Shown here: in pieces, positions 29,003 to 39,177 of the stretch
Position numbering within the stretch: position 1 is the stretch's first letter
Layout of the letters: every line of letters starts with the position of its first letter
Notes under the pieces: model-generated
Told to the model about the DNA's origin: nothing
The model's input: the letters and a program-made list of their open reading frames with translations, nothing else
Database searches by the model: none
NCBI GenBank assembly: GCA_050949045.1
Contig: JBMNEZ010000001.1
Location: 1-64,000, forward strand
Length of the DNA: 64,000 bases
Source: Candidatus Izemoplasmatales bacterium
GTDB lineage: Bacteria > Bacillota_I > Bacilli_A > Izemoplasmatales > Hujiaoplasmataceae
Direction: 5' to 3'
Program-made: the position numbers and the translations under genes

Positions 29003-31963
29003 ATGAAAAAAAAGAAGATAATCCTTCTACTCGCGCTAGTATCGCTGCTTTTTGGTGCGTGTCAGAAGACGCCAACAAGCGATTCAAGCAAACGGTCTAC
29101 TACCAGTGAATTTACTAGTACATATTCAATTACCAGTACATATTCAAGTGAAAGACCTACGACCAGTGATCCGAGTAGCCACACAACAAGCAAAGATCCA
29201 GTAACTGGTTATAAAATTACTTGGCTTAACTGGAATGGCGCTCATTTAATGACGCATTATAATTATCCGGTCGGCGAAATGCCAGTATTCAATGATACAC
29301 CTGTTAGACCGGAAGATGATGACTATACATATGAGTTTGATGGATGGACACCTGATTTAGTACCGGTTGTTGCTGATGCAACTTATTATGCTAAGTATAT
29401 TCCACATCCTAAAACTGCATTTGTTGATCCTTATGACTTTGCTTGGGGTGAAAACGAAGAAGGTATAGTTTTAATTGGCTACTATGGGAATGCGCCTGTT
29501 ATTGAAATTCCGGCTTTAGTTGATGAAAAACCAGTTGTTGCGCTTCAAAAATGGGCATTTTTTGATAATGTGACATTAAGGGAAGTCACAATCCCTGATA
29601 GTGTTATCAATATTGGCGAAGATGCTTTCGCTTCTTGTATTAACCTACATACTGTTAATTTTGGCAATAACGTTGAATCAATTGGTTTTGATGCTTTTTC
29701 AAACTGTGTTAGCCTTGAATCGATAATATTGCCGGATAGTGTTAAAAAAATCGGTCCAGAAGCATTTTCTGAATGTCCAAACTTAGTAAATCTACATATT
29801 CCTAGTAAAGTAGAAAATGTTGATAGTTCCTTGGTGAAAAAATCATCAGTTGAAGCGGTCACGGTATATGAAAAAGGCATATATGTTGGAAACAGTGAAA
29901 ACCCGTATTTAGTCCTTATTGGTGTTGATGCATCTTTTTCTGCTGAACATCTTTCAGTCCACACTGATACAAAAATTATCGCCGACGATGCTTTTTTTGG
30001 GTCTAATCTTACTGGGGTTACCCTGGGCAAAAACGTTCATACAATTGGCGATAGTGCTTTTGCCAGATGTAGTGGTCTAACCGCGGTTGAACTGCCAAAT
30101 AGCTTGCGCCATCTTGGTATGGGAGCTTTTGAAAATTGTGACCAACTTGGAACTGTTAAATTTGGCAATCAACTTGAGACAATTGGTTCTCAAGCTTTCT
30201 ATAACTGTAAGTCTCTAACAAACATTGTTTTACCTGAAAGTCTAACTTCAATCGGCTCCTACGCCTTCTATTCTTGGCCAGACAATATTGTTTATACGGA
30301 ACACGATAATGGCCGTTATTTAGGTACGGCGACCAACAAACATTTTGCTCTAATTAAGACTAATTCAGAGTATATTACCTCAATAAGCATCCATGCTGAT
30401 ACACATATAGTCGCCGATGGAGCATTTTCAAGTTGTACAAAACTTACAGGTGTAACGATTCCTGCCGGCGTTGCGTATTTAGGAGACTCTCTCTTTTATA
30501 ATTGCTTTGCACTTACATCTCTTAGTGTAGAAAACGGCAACACCAAATACTCATCGCCAACTAATAATAAGGCAATCATGGAAACAGCGACTGATAAACT
30601 CTTATTTGGCCTAAAAGACGGCTATATCCCTGAAGGAACAAAAATCTTAGGCGATTCGTGTTTTGCCTACTTTAACCTAAAAGAAAGCGCTATTGCCATC
30701 CCAAACAGCGTTGTCGAACTAGAAGCGGGAGTTTTCTATAATTCATCGCTGCCTAGCACGTTTACAATTCCGAATAGCGTTACAAAAATTGGTAATGGAG
30801 CTTTCCAATACTGCTCAAATATGCAGTTGCTTACTCTTAGTAATCAAATTAAAATAATCAATCCTTGGACTTTCTCCGGTTGTGATGATCTAACTTCAGT
30901 TACAATTCCCGATTCAGTTACGATAATTGGCGAATATGCGTTCAACGGTTGTGATGGACTTGTTACTGTTAACTTTGGATCTAATGTTAGTCTTATTGCG
31001 GATGCCGCTTTTAGCGGTTGTGCTAAATTAGGTAATCCTCAATTAAATAATAATCTTCGTGTTATTCATGGTGGTGCTTTTAGTGGCTGTAGCTTAATTA
31101 CATCAATCGAATTTGGCGAATATTTAATTCATCTTTCTGGGTCTGCTTTTATAGAAGCACCTATAACTTCAATTTCAGTTCATGCCGATAATCAATATTT
31201 TGATTCGCGTACGGACTGTAACGCCGTTGTCAGTAAAAAGAGCAATATTCTTGTTATGGGCTGTGTAAATTCTACGATTGATCCAACTGTAGTTGGTATA
31301 GGTCCATATGCTTTCGCGAGTACGGCAATTACAAATATTACATTACCTGCAAATGTCGTCACTCTGGGAGCCGGCGCATTTAATGATTGTCGATTCTTAA
31401 CTTCAATCACAATACAAGGCGAAGTTACTGCTATCCCTGAAAATTGTTTCCTTTATTGTACTGAATTAAAAAACTTCGTGATTCCAAGTTCGGTTACCTC
31501 TTTAGGCAATAATGCCTTTGGGGATTGTCCGTTTACAACAATTGAAATACCAAGCACAGTCACCTCAATTGGCGCATATTGCTTTAGCTACTGTGAATCT
31601 CTTACAGAGATTGTAATTCCTAGTAGCGTTACCTCTCTATCCAATGGTGTTTTCTATGGCTGTAGCGCTCTAAGTAAGATTACACTGCCCGAGGAATTAA
31701 CTTCAATTGGAAATTATACTTTCTCAAACTGCTCTAATTTAAATAGTATTGTAATTCCTAGCACTGTTACTACAATTGGACAACGGGCCTTTAATTCTTG
31801 CGCAAACTTAAGTATCTTTGCGATGGCCAGCGAATTACCATCTGGCTGGGGCTCTACATGGAATCCTGCTAATTGTCCAGTTTACTGGTATAGCGAAACA
31901 CCAAACTATGATGGTAGCCATTGGCGATATGTTGAAGGTATACCAACCGTTTGGCATAATTAA
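29003..31963 (+). CDS. BspA-like leucine-rich repeat (LRR_5) surface lipoprotein
   Basis: MKKKK + hydrophobic stretch + LFGAC lipobox, Ser/Thr linker, many IPxSVTxIGxxAFxxCxxL repeats; RBS ggggag. Confidence 0.9.
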   Translation: MKKKKIILLLALVSLLFGACQKTPTSDSSKRSTTSEFTSTYSITSTYSSERPTTSDPSSHTTSKDPVTGYKITWLNWNGAHLMTHYNYPVGEMPVFNDTPVRPEDDDYTYEFDGWTPDLVPVVADATYYAKYIPHPKTAFVDPYDFAWGENEEGIVLIGYYGNAPVIEIPALVDEKPVVALQKWAFFDNVTLREVTIPDSVINIGEDAFASCINLHTVNFGNNVESIGFDAFSNCVSLESIILPDSVKKIGPEAFSECPNLVNLHIPSKVENVDSSLVKKSSVEAVTVYEKGIYVGNSENPYLVLIGVDASFSAEHLSVHTDTKIIADDAFFGSNLTGVTLGKNVHTIGDSAFARCSGLTAVELPNSLRHLGMGAFENCDQLGTVKFGNQLETIGSQAFYNCKSLTNIVLPESLTSIGSYAFYSWPDNIVYTEHDNGRYLGTATNKHFALIKTNSEYITSISIHADTHIVADGAFSSCTKLTGVTIPAGVAYLGDSLFYNCFALTSLSVENGNTKYSSPTNNKAIMETATDKLLFGLKDGYIPEGTKILGDSCFAYFNLKESAIAIPNSVVELEAGVFYNSSLPSTFTIPNSVTKIGNGAFQYCSNMQLLTLSNQIKIINPWTFSGCDDLTSVTIPDSVTIIGEYAFNGCDGLVTVNFGSNVSLIADAAFSGCAKLGNPQLNNNLRVIHGGAFSGCSLITSIEFGEYLIHLSGSAFIEAPITSISVHADNQYFDSRTDCNAVVSKKSNILVMGCVNSTIDPTVVGIGPYAFASTAITNITLPANVVTLGAGAFNDCRFLTSITIQGEVTAIPENCFLYCTELKNFVIPSSVTSLGNNAFGDCPFTTIEIPSTVTSIGAYCFSYCESLTEIVIPSSVTSLSNGVFYGCSALSKITLPEELTSIGNYTFSNCSNLNSIVIPSTVTTIGQRAFNSCANLSIFAMASELPSGWGSTWNPANCPVYWYSETPNYDGSHWRYVEGIPTVWHN

Positions 31964-32429
31964 GTATAATTGATTAAATTATGGCGATAATAGAATACGA
32001 TTATCGCCTTTTTTCTGCTAAATTGACAAATGATGCAAAGATAAGGAAAATGAAATCAGAGAAAAAAAATGACACTTAAAGAAAAGATAAAAATATTCTA
32101 AAAACACCTATAAAGGCTATACAAAATTAAAGAAAAGCAAACAAGCTGATTTCTGTAATGAGCATGCCACAGAAATTATTTTATTTGAGAATGCAAGAAA
32201 ACATGGAACTAGCACAGGTAAAAAAGAACGAGTCAGACCTATAAAATTTAGCTGGAATATCATATAGTAATAACAACATTTGCATAATAGAGGGCTGATT
32301 GATATAAAAAGACAGTAATAATTTATGAATCAATTCATCACAAAAATACAGAAAAAGTAATAAATTATCTTTCCGGACAACTATCAATTAAATTTTTAAA
32401 ATTACAGGATATAAAAACTTTAGAACCAA

Positions 32430-32680
32430 AAGAATTTGATTTGATTATTCTTGCATCGGGAACTTATAATAATGAACTTCATGCAGGGATACTTAAATGG
32501 TTAAAAAGTGCAGACATTAAGGATAAAGAAATAGGAATATTATATACCTGTGGTTTTAGGTATATGGATTATTCAAAAAAAATAAGAAAGTATATTATAG
32601 ATAATGGCGCAAATTATATTAGGAGTTGTTGATGTCGAGGATATGACACCTATGGTTTCTTCTCTAAGAAAGATAAAAAA
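32430..32680 (+). pseudogene. Flavodoxin-like pseudogene
   Basis: DLIILASGTY..YTCG..SC*CRGYDTYG with in-frame TGA at 32630; no intact 5' end. Confidence 0.55.
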
Positions 32681-32699
32681 ACAACTGTTTTCGGCGATA

Positions 32700-33027
32700 T
32701 CAATGAAACTCCTTTCGTAAGATAACTTTTATAATCGCTCAATCTCAACTTTCAGTTTCATATTTTCTTTTCAAACCATTCAATTGTAGTTTCAAGGTTT
32801 AATATGCCAACGGGCCTCCTTTTTCTTGTCTCATTTCTTCCCAATCTGACTTTTTAAATCGTCCTTGTCATTTTATCAATAAGCGCGCAGTCGCATAACT
32901 ATAAATGAGGATGCTACATTGTATTTTGTAGCACAAGCTCCAATTGAGATATACTTACTCCAATGACCTTCATGATTTTCAATTTTTCGGTATCGGTATA
33001 CAAAAGAAATGCTTTCTTATCTTCCAT
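32700..33027 (-). pseudogene. Decayed IS3/IS150-family transposase OrfA
   Basis: Across frameshifts/stops: YTDTEKLKIMK..ATKYNVASS..LRAY..LKSQIGKK..GRP..KLKVEIERL. Confidence 0.6.
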
Positions 33028-33242
33028 AGAATATATTCGTCTTTACTTAATAACTATAACAAACTTAATAACTATATCAAAAAAAGCAGACTGTGTTAAT
33101 CCATTTAACACGTCTGCTTTCGATCGCAAGATTTATCAGCACTCCTTTGGAAAACGATTTCAAAAAACTTTATTTTTATCGGGTTTATGATATAATATGA
33201 TAGTCTATATATTGAAGAGAAACGAGAGGAGTTTTTATCTAC

Positions 33243-35315
33243 ATGAAAGAGTACCTTGCGGAACAAATCAAGAACATCATTATTCTTGGCCATCTCGGCA
33301 GCGGAAAAACTTCATTGGCCGAAGCTTTGGCCTTCGTATCGGGTACGATCGAAAAGAAAGGCGAAGTCGAAAAGAAAAACACAATCTCCGACTTTACCGT
33401 TGAGGAACAGACCAGGCAAAACTCGCTTTCAACAAGCGTGATCCCGGTTCAGTTCAAGGATGCCAAATTCAACTTTCTCGACGCTCCCGGCGCTGATGAA
33501 ATGATTGGCGACGTTAGATACGCTTTTCAAGCCGCTTCCGGTGCGGTTTTGGTTCTCGATGCAACCAAAGGCATCGAAGTCGGCGCCGAGAAGATGTGGA
33601 AAGAAATCAAAAAACACAATCTTCCCGCGATCATTTATATCAATAAGATGGACAAGGAAAATGTTAAATTCGACGACATCCTTGATGCAATCAAAGATAG
33701 ATTCGGAAAAGAAGCTTTGCCTTTCTGCGTTCCCATCGGCAAAAGCGGGGAATTCGTCGGTTTTGCGAATGTCGTCGATTTGAAAGCCAGGCTCTACGAC
33801 GGCAATGCCTGCAAAGACGCTGAGATTTCCCCAGACATAATGGCGAAAGTCCAGGATGTCAGACAAGAACTTGTCGAAACCGTTGCCGGGGCTGATGAGG
33901 TGCTTCTCGAAAAATACTTTGGCGGCGAGGAACTGACGATTGATGAAATCAAACAAGGGTTGAAACAGGCTGTCATTTCTGGGGAAACTGTTCCGATCAT
34001 GGTTGGCTCTTCATTGAAAAACATCGGTCCGCTAATGTTGTTAGAAATGATCAACTTGTATTTTCCGTTCGTCAGTGAATTGGGGCCTAACAAAGGGCAT
34101 AAGCCGGGGACGGATGAGGAGGTATTGCGCAAAACAGCGGATTTCGAGCCTTTCTCTGCTTACGTTTTCAAAACGATCATTGATCCCTTTGTGGGAACGA
34201 TCAATTTATTAAATGTCCGTTCCGGCCAACTGAAAAAAGACCAGGAAGTCTATGTCTCCGCCAATGGGGATGTCGAAAAAGTCGGTCAAGTGTTCTTTTT
34301 GCTCGGGAAGACTCAAGTTTCATGTGACGTTGTTCATGCCGGTGATATCTGCGCCATCGCCAAAACCGATGGAGTAGTCACCGGTTCAACAATATCGGAC
34401 AAGAAGGCGCCGATCGTTTATCCTTTAACAGAAACGCCAAGCCCAACGATGTATATCGCAATCAAACCAAAAAACAAAGCCGATGAGGATAAACTTTCCA
34501 ACTCGCTTGCCAAACTCCGTCTCGAGGATCCCACTTTTGAGATCGTCCGCAACAAAGAAACCAGCCAGATGCTAATCGGCGGCCAAGGTATGATCCATCT
34601 TGGATACATCACCGACAAAATGAAAAACATGTTCAAAGTCGATGTCGAAACCGAGGACCAACAAGTTGTTTACCGCGAGACCATCAAGGCCACTGCGACG
34701 GCCGAAGGCAGATATGTCAAGCAGTCCGGCGGATCGGGATATTACGGTGTTGTCGTGATGCGCTTCGAACCCTTGCCCGACAAGGATTATGAATTCGCTG
34801 AAGAAGTTTTCGGCGGCGCCGTCCCCAAGAATTTCTTTCCCGCAGTTGACAAAGGATTACAGGAAACTTTGGAGCACGGCGTGCTCGCCGGGTTTCCGGT
34901 GATCGGTGTCAAAGGTGTTCTCTTCGATGGCAAATATCATCCTGTAGACTCCAACGAACTAGCTTTCAGAATGGCTGCGTCGATCGCTTTTAAAGAAGCA
35001 TGCAAAACGGCAAAGCCGACGATTCTTGAACCGATCCATAAAATCGTCGTCACAGTCAAAGACGAATACATGGGCGATGTTTTAGGCGATGTGAACAAAC
35101 GGCGTGGCCGCGTCCTCGGTATGGAACCAGCCGATAGCGGATACCAGAAAATCGTAGCGGAAGTTCCGGAAGCGGAAATAACCAAATACACGATTGATCT
35201 CAAGGCTATGACCCAGGGATCGGGAACGTTCACACGCGAATTTCTCCGTTACGAGGAAGTTCCCGGGAACCTGATTCCCAAGATTATCGAAGAGCACAAG
35301 AAAGCAAGCAACTAA
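33243..35315 (+). CDS. Elongation factor G-like protein (EF-G2-type paralog)
   Basis: GHLGSGKTS, DAPG, NKMD, KQSGG, HPVDS, ILEP, RRG; not in an rpsL-rpsG-tuf context. Confidence 0.9.
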   Translation: MKEYLAEQIKNIIILGHLGSGKTSLAEALAFVSGTIEKKGEVEKKNTISDFTVEEQTRQNSLSTSVIPVQFKDAKFNFLDAPGADEMIGDVRYAFQAASGAVLVLDATKGIEVGAEKMWKEIKKHNLPAIIYINKMDKENVKFDDILDAIKDRFGKEALPFCVPIGKSGEFVGFANVVDLKARLYDGNACKDAEISPDIMAKVQDVRQELVETVAGADEVLLEKYFGGEELTIDEIKQGLKQAVISGETVPIMVGSSLKNIGPLMLLEMINLYFPFVSELGPNKGHKPGTDEEVLRKTADFEPFSAYVFKTIIDPFVGTINLLNVRSGQLKKDQEVYVSANGDVEKVGQVFFLLGKTQVSCDVVHAGDICAIAKTDGVVTGSTISDKKAPIVYPLTETPSPTMYIAIKPKNKADEDKLSNSLAKLRLEDPTFEIVRNKETSQMLIGGQGMIHLGYITDKMKNMFKVDVETEDQQVVYRETIKATATAEGRYVKQSGGSGYYGVVVMRFEPLPDKDYEFAEEVFGGAVPKNFFPAVDKGLQETLEHGVLAGFPVIGVKGVLFDGKYHPVDSNELAFRMAASIAFKEACKTAKPTILEPIHKIVVTVKDEYMGDVLGDVNKRRGRVLGMEPADSGYQKIVAEVPEAEITKYTIDLKAMTQGSGTFTREFLRYEEVPGNLIPKIIEEHKKASN

Positions 35316-35484
35316 GAGAATTTACATTCTTGGCCGCGATTTGATCGTGGCCGTTTTTTTCTAATTCTGAGTTTTTCATGAAAATCAATCTTAGCTTGCT
35401 TGATATGCCAGTAGTCATTTGTTGGTCTGTTATGTATTACATAGTGATTGACAATACTTTGCTTAGTAATAAGGAGTATTTAAT

Positions 35485-36333
35485 ATGGAAAAAATCGGTC
35501 TTTTGATTGACAGCACGACCCTGACAAGACCCGAGTTGCTGGACTATGATTTCATCAAGGTCGCCCAACTCAAAGTGATGATCGATGACAAGCAATACAA
35601 GGAGAAAGACCTTCCCACCGACATTATGTATGAATATCTCCGTTCCGGAAAAAAGATGACAACCAGCCAACCCGCTCCCGGGGAAATACTTGAACTATAC
35701 AATGATTATTACAACAAAGGCTATACCAACGTTTTGGTTGTCACCCTTTCGGAAAAACTCAGCGGTACTTTTCAATCTGCCCTGATTGCCAAAACGATGT
35801 TTGACAAGCCGATGGAGTTAAGCATTCACGCACCAATGGTGGCATCATTTGGAGTGGCCAACGGTGTGAAAGTGATCGCCGAGGCAATCAAAGCGGGAAA
35901 GCCTTTCACTGAAATCGTGGATCTCTATCACCGTTTTTTTAAGAACGCAGAAGTAATGTTTACGCTTTCCAATCTTATGCATTTGTTTCGCGGCGGCAGA
36001 CTGAGCCGGATTCAGGCGTTGATCGGAACCGTTCTAAGGATCAAACCCATTATAAGAATGATCGATGGAAAACTCCATCTGGTAAAGAGAGAGCGTACCA
36101 ACAATGCTTGTTACGAATTTTTTATGGAAATCATAAAAGATTATTCCCAAAAGTTCGCAACCGTCTATCTTGACATCATTGATCTCAACCAGAACGAATG
36201 GTCACAAAAGATAAGGACAGAAGTTAAGGCAAAGTATCCTAACATCAAAATCCACATGACCGATTTTGTCAGTCCGGTTTTCCTTGTACATCTTGGCGAT
36301 CGGGGATTTGGAATCGCGATTGCAGGTATTTGA
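35485..36333 (+). CDS. DegV family fatty-acid binding protein
   Basis: IDST, TTSQP, SEKLSGT, RGGR, HLG motifs. Confidence 0.88.
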   Translation: MEKIGLLIDSTTLTRPELLDYDFIKVAQLKVMIDDKQYKEKDLPTDIMYEYLRSGKKMTTSQPAPGEILELYNDYYNKGYTNVLVVTLSEKLSGTFQSALIAKTMFDKPMELSIHAPMVASFGVANGVKVIAEAIKAGKPFTEIVDLYHRFFKNAEVMFTLSNLMHLFRGGRLSRIQALIGTVLRIKPIIRMIDGKLHLVKRERTNNACYEFFMEIIKDYSQKFATVYLDIIDLNQNEWSQKIRTEVKAKYPNIKIHMTDFVSPVFLVHLGDRGFGIAIAGI

Positions 36334-36455
36334 ATTCTTTAACGCCACCGGCGATAAAACGCCGGAGGCGTTATTTACCCTCTTCTTGATGAGCGAAATA
36401 GCGCTTGACTTTTAGGGGGGTATTTAGTAAACTTAATGTTGCGAAAAAGCTTGAT

Positions 36456-36532
36456 GGCGATTGTGGCGAAGTGGTTAACGCATCGGATTGTGGCTCCGAC
36501 ACTCGTGGGTTCGATTCCCATCAATCGCCCCA
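36456..36532 (+). tRNA. tRNA-His (GTG)
   Basis: Encoded G-1, tcgga-ttGTGgc-tccga, GTTCGATTC, CCA. Confidence 0.95.
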
Positions 36533-36540
36533 TCTTATAC

Positions 36541-36615
36541 TGGGCTATGGCCAAGAGGTTAAGGCATCGGACTTTGACTCCGAGATCGGTAGTTCAAATC
36601 TACCTAGCCCAGCCA
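36541..36615 (+). tRNA. tRNA-Gln (TTG)
   Basis: tgggcta acceptor stem, tcgga-ctTTGac-tccga, CCA. Confidence 0.95.
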
Positions 36616-36623
36616 TTTTTTTT

Positions 36624-36699
36624 GACCCGCTAGCTCAGCAGGAAGAGCATTTGACTTTTAATCAAAGGGTCGGGCGTTCGAATCGCCTGCGGGTCACCA
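36624..36699 (+). tRNA. tRNA-Lys (TTT)
   Basis: tttga-ctTTTaa-tcaaa, GTTCGAATC, CCA. Confidence 0.95.
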
Positions 36700-36712
36700 T
36701 TGCATTTTTTGT

Positions 36713-36796
36713 GCGGGTGTGGCGGAATTGGCAGACGCGCTAGACTTAGGATCTAGTTCTTAATGAGTGCAGGTTCAAGTCCTGTCACCCGCACCA
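36713..36796 (+). tRNA. tRNA-Leu (TAG)
   Basis: ctaga-ctTAGga-tctag, long variable arm, CCA. Confidence 0.95.
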
Positions 36797-37077
36797 AACA
36801 ACGATAATTTGAACTGCTCTCCCATTGAGAAGATTTAGTTCAAATTTTTTATTTCGGTTTCAAAAAAAAAGACACCCGTTTTTCGTCTGTTGTTTTGGTA
36901 ATAGTCAGTGTTTTTGTTGAGAGAAACTCAAGCATTTAGTAGTTATAAGATAAATTCAGGATTTTGGTTTTTATATATATATTTATAAAAAGCCGCCATG
37001 ACTCCTATTGAGTCAATATGGCGGCTCTTTATACGGTATAGTATTAAGGGGAGTAATACTTAAACTACTCCATTGAT

Positions 37078-38424
37078 TTACAAAATAGCAAGAAGCACAA
37101 AGTTAAGTATGAACATTAATGTGCACACCCAAAGGATTGGATGGATGTCTTTTATTTGGCGCTTGCAGATCTTTGTGATTACATAGAATATAAAGCCCGC
37201 CGCAATACCATAGGAGATACTATAGCACAGAGCCATAAATACGCCGGCAAAGAATGCGGGTATAGCTTCTGAAAGTTCAGACCAATCGATCTCTTTGAAG
37301 GAAGACAACATCATGATTCCGACAATGACCAATGCGGGAGCCGTAGCCGCAGCCGGAATCGCGCTGATAAATGTTGCAAAAAACGCACTTATTGCGAAGC
37401 ATATTGCAACAACAACACTGGTGAGACCGGTACGTCCGCCAACGGCAATGCCGGCGGCGCTCTCTACATAAGTGGTTGTGTTGGAGGTGCCGAAGATAGC
37501 GCCGATAGAGGTTGCCGTAGCGTCCGCAAATAGAGCTTTATCCATTTTTGATTTGAAGCCGGCGCTACTTATCATCGCCTTTTCGTCTTCATCGCTGAAG
37601 ATGCCTGTGCGACGGCCGGTTCCAATGAAGGTTCCAATTGTATCGAATGTGTCAGACATACTGAAGGCAAAAATCGTGATAAGGACAAGAGGGATCTTGC
37701 TGGCATCAAGGAACAAGGATCCGATGCCTTTCTTTGTGAATATAGCACCGAAAGTTGTAGGAAGAGCTGCACATGCGTCGGTAAAACTGATCGTGTCTGT
37801 TGTTGCGGTAAGCCCCATGGGAATGCCGATAAGCGCCGTAATGATTATGCTAATAAGTATCGCACCCTTGATTTTCAGAAGATTGAGCACAACTATCAAC
37901 ACCAAACCGATAAGAAATAACCACAAAACGGGAAGGTTAAGGGTTGCAAGCGCCGGCACTCCGGCATCAAAATTAATGATGCCGACATTGAGGAGCCCGA
38001 TATAGGCAATGAAGATGCCAATGCCTCCGCCGATGGCGTTCTGCAGGCTGCGCGGAATGGCTTGTATGATGTATTTGCGGAGCTTGGTAACGGTTATGAC
38101 AATATTTATTATGCCGCAGATAAACACCATTGACAAAGCCTGTTGCCATGTAAATTGCAGTGCAAAGCATACGGTATAGACGAAAAATGCGTTAAGCCCC
38201 ATTCCGGGAGCCTGAGCATAGGGTACATTTGCCACGAGCCCCATTACAAGAGTTCCGATGATTGAGGCAATTATCGTAGCAAGAAATACAGCACCCCATT
38301 CCATACCAGCTTGACTGAGAATAGACGGATTGACAACGATGATGTATGCCATAGCAAAGAATGTTGTCAAGCCGGCCATGATCTCAGTAGAAACTTTTGT
38401 GCCATTTTGTTTTAGATTGAACAT
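37078..38424 (-). CDS. NCS2 family purine permease (PbuG/AzgA-like)
   Basis: EIMAGLTTFFAMAYI..NP, APGMGLNAFF, YVESAAG..GGRTG; ATG 38424 after aaggag. Confidence 0.92.
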   Translation of the reverse strand: MFNLKQNGTKVSTEIMAGLTTFFAMAYIIVVNPSILSQAGMEWGAVFLATIIASIIGTLVMGLVANVPYAQAPGMGLNAFFVYTVCFALQFTWQQALSMVFICGIINIVITVTKLRKYIIQAIPRSLQNAIGGGIGIFIAYIGLLNVGIINFDAGVPALATLNLPVLWLFLIGLVLIVVLNLLKIKGAILISIIITALIGIPMGLTATTDTISFTDACAALPTTFGAIFTKKGIGSLFLDASKIPLVLITIFAFSMSDTFDTIGTFIGTGRRTGIFSDEDEKAMISSAGFKSKMDKALFADATATSIGAIFGTSNTTTYVESAAGIAVGGRTGLTSVVVAICFAISAFFATFISAIPAAATAPALVIVGIMMLSSFKEIDWSELSEAIPAFFAGVFMALCYSISYGIAAGFIFYVITKICKRQIKDIHPILWVCTLMFILNFVLLAIL

Positions 38425-39177
38425 TTTTCTTTCTCCTTTTTTATTATCCATATTGTCGATAGCAGTGTGATGAGAAGGACAAAACGCAAATAATACAATA
38501 AAATTGTGTAACATTACCTTTATTATATTTTGATATTTAGGCAAAACAACTATCCAGTAGTGCTCAGAACCACATTGAGCCCATAAGCAGACTGAAAATA
38601 CTATTTAATTATGACAGATTCTTAGTTTTTATTCAATATATTTTTTATGTTTTCAAAGAATAATATCTTAATTTCGAATTCCATTATGGTTACCAACTTC
38701 CATTTTTCGATTTTATATTTTTTTACTACTGGCTATATAGAAAATGTAAATAGATTTTCTGAGTGTTTTTGTTACATCAATACAATCCGAATCAAACCTT
38801 ATTAATTGAAGATGAGCCTGATTATTTGTTTATTTCGAGGGGATTTGAGCATATCCATTTTCACAATGGCGTGATCAAGCATTATGAGTTTCTTAGGTGT
38901 TTCTATTCGCATCACTTTTCGCGTCAAATGAAAATGCAGACATCGAGCAAGCAAAGGCTTGTCGGTGTCTGCAGGATGTCTTATGTTTTATATTGTTGTG
39001 CTTATAGGACAATAAGAGGATAAGTGGTTATCAAATTTTATAGAATAAGGCGTTTGATACCTTTGTTATACAAACAATTTGTTTACACTATACTAAGGCA
39101 ATATGATCTTATTGTCAGCGGAGTAGGCAGAATATTTTCCCGGATCGTCAAATGCAACGCTTAAAAAGCAACCGGAG

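Noticed and set aside
32628..32634. Genetic code 4 (TGA=Trp) suggested by in-frame TGAs
   Set aside because: Core genes (degV, pfkA, uvrB, mgsA) end in TGA and long ORFs are open in code 11; the in-frame TGAs are in decaying genes.
36405..36743. ORFs over the tRNA cluster, and the 5880-6251 ORF over tRNA-Tyr
   Set aside because: Shadow ORFs overlapping tRNA genes.
38425..38640. Purine riboswitch upstream of the NCS2 permease
   Set aside because: The conserved TATAA..ATATGG..GTTTCTACC..CCGTAAA..GACTA core could not be found on the minus strand.
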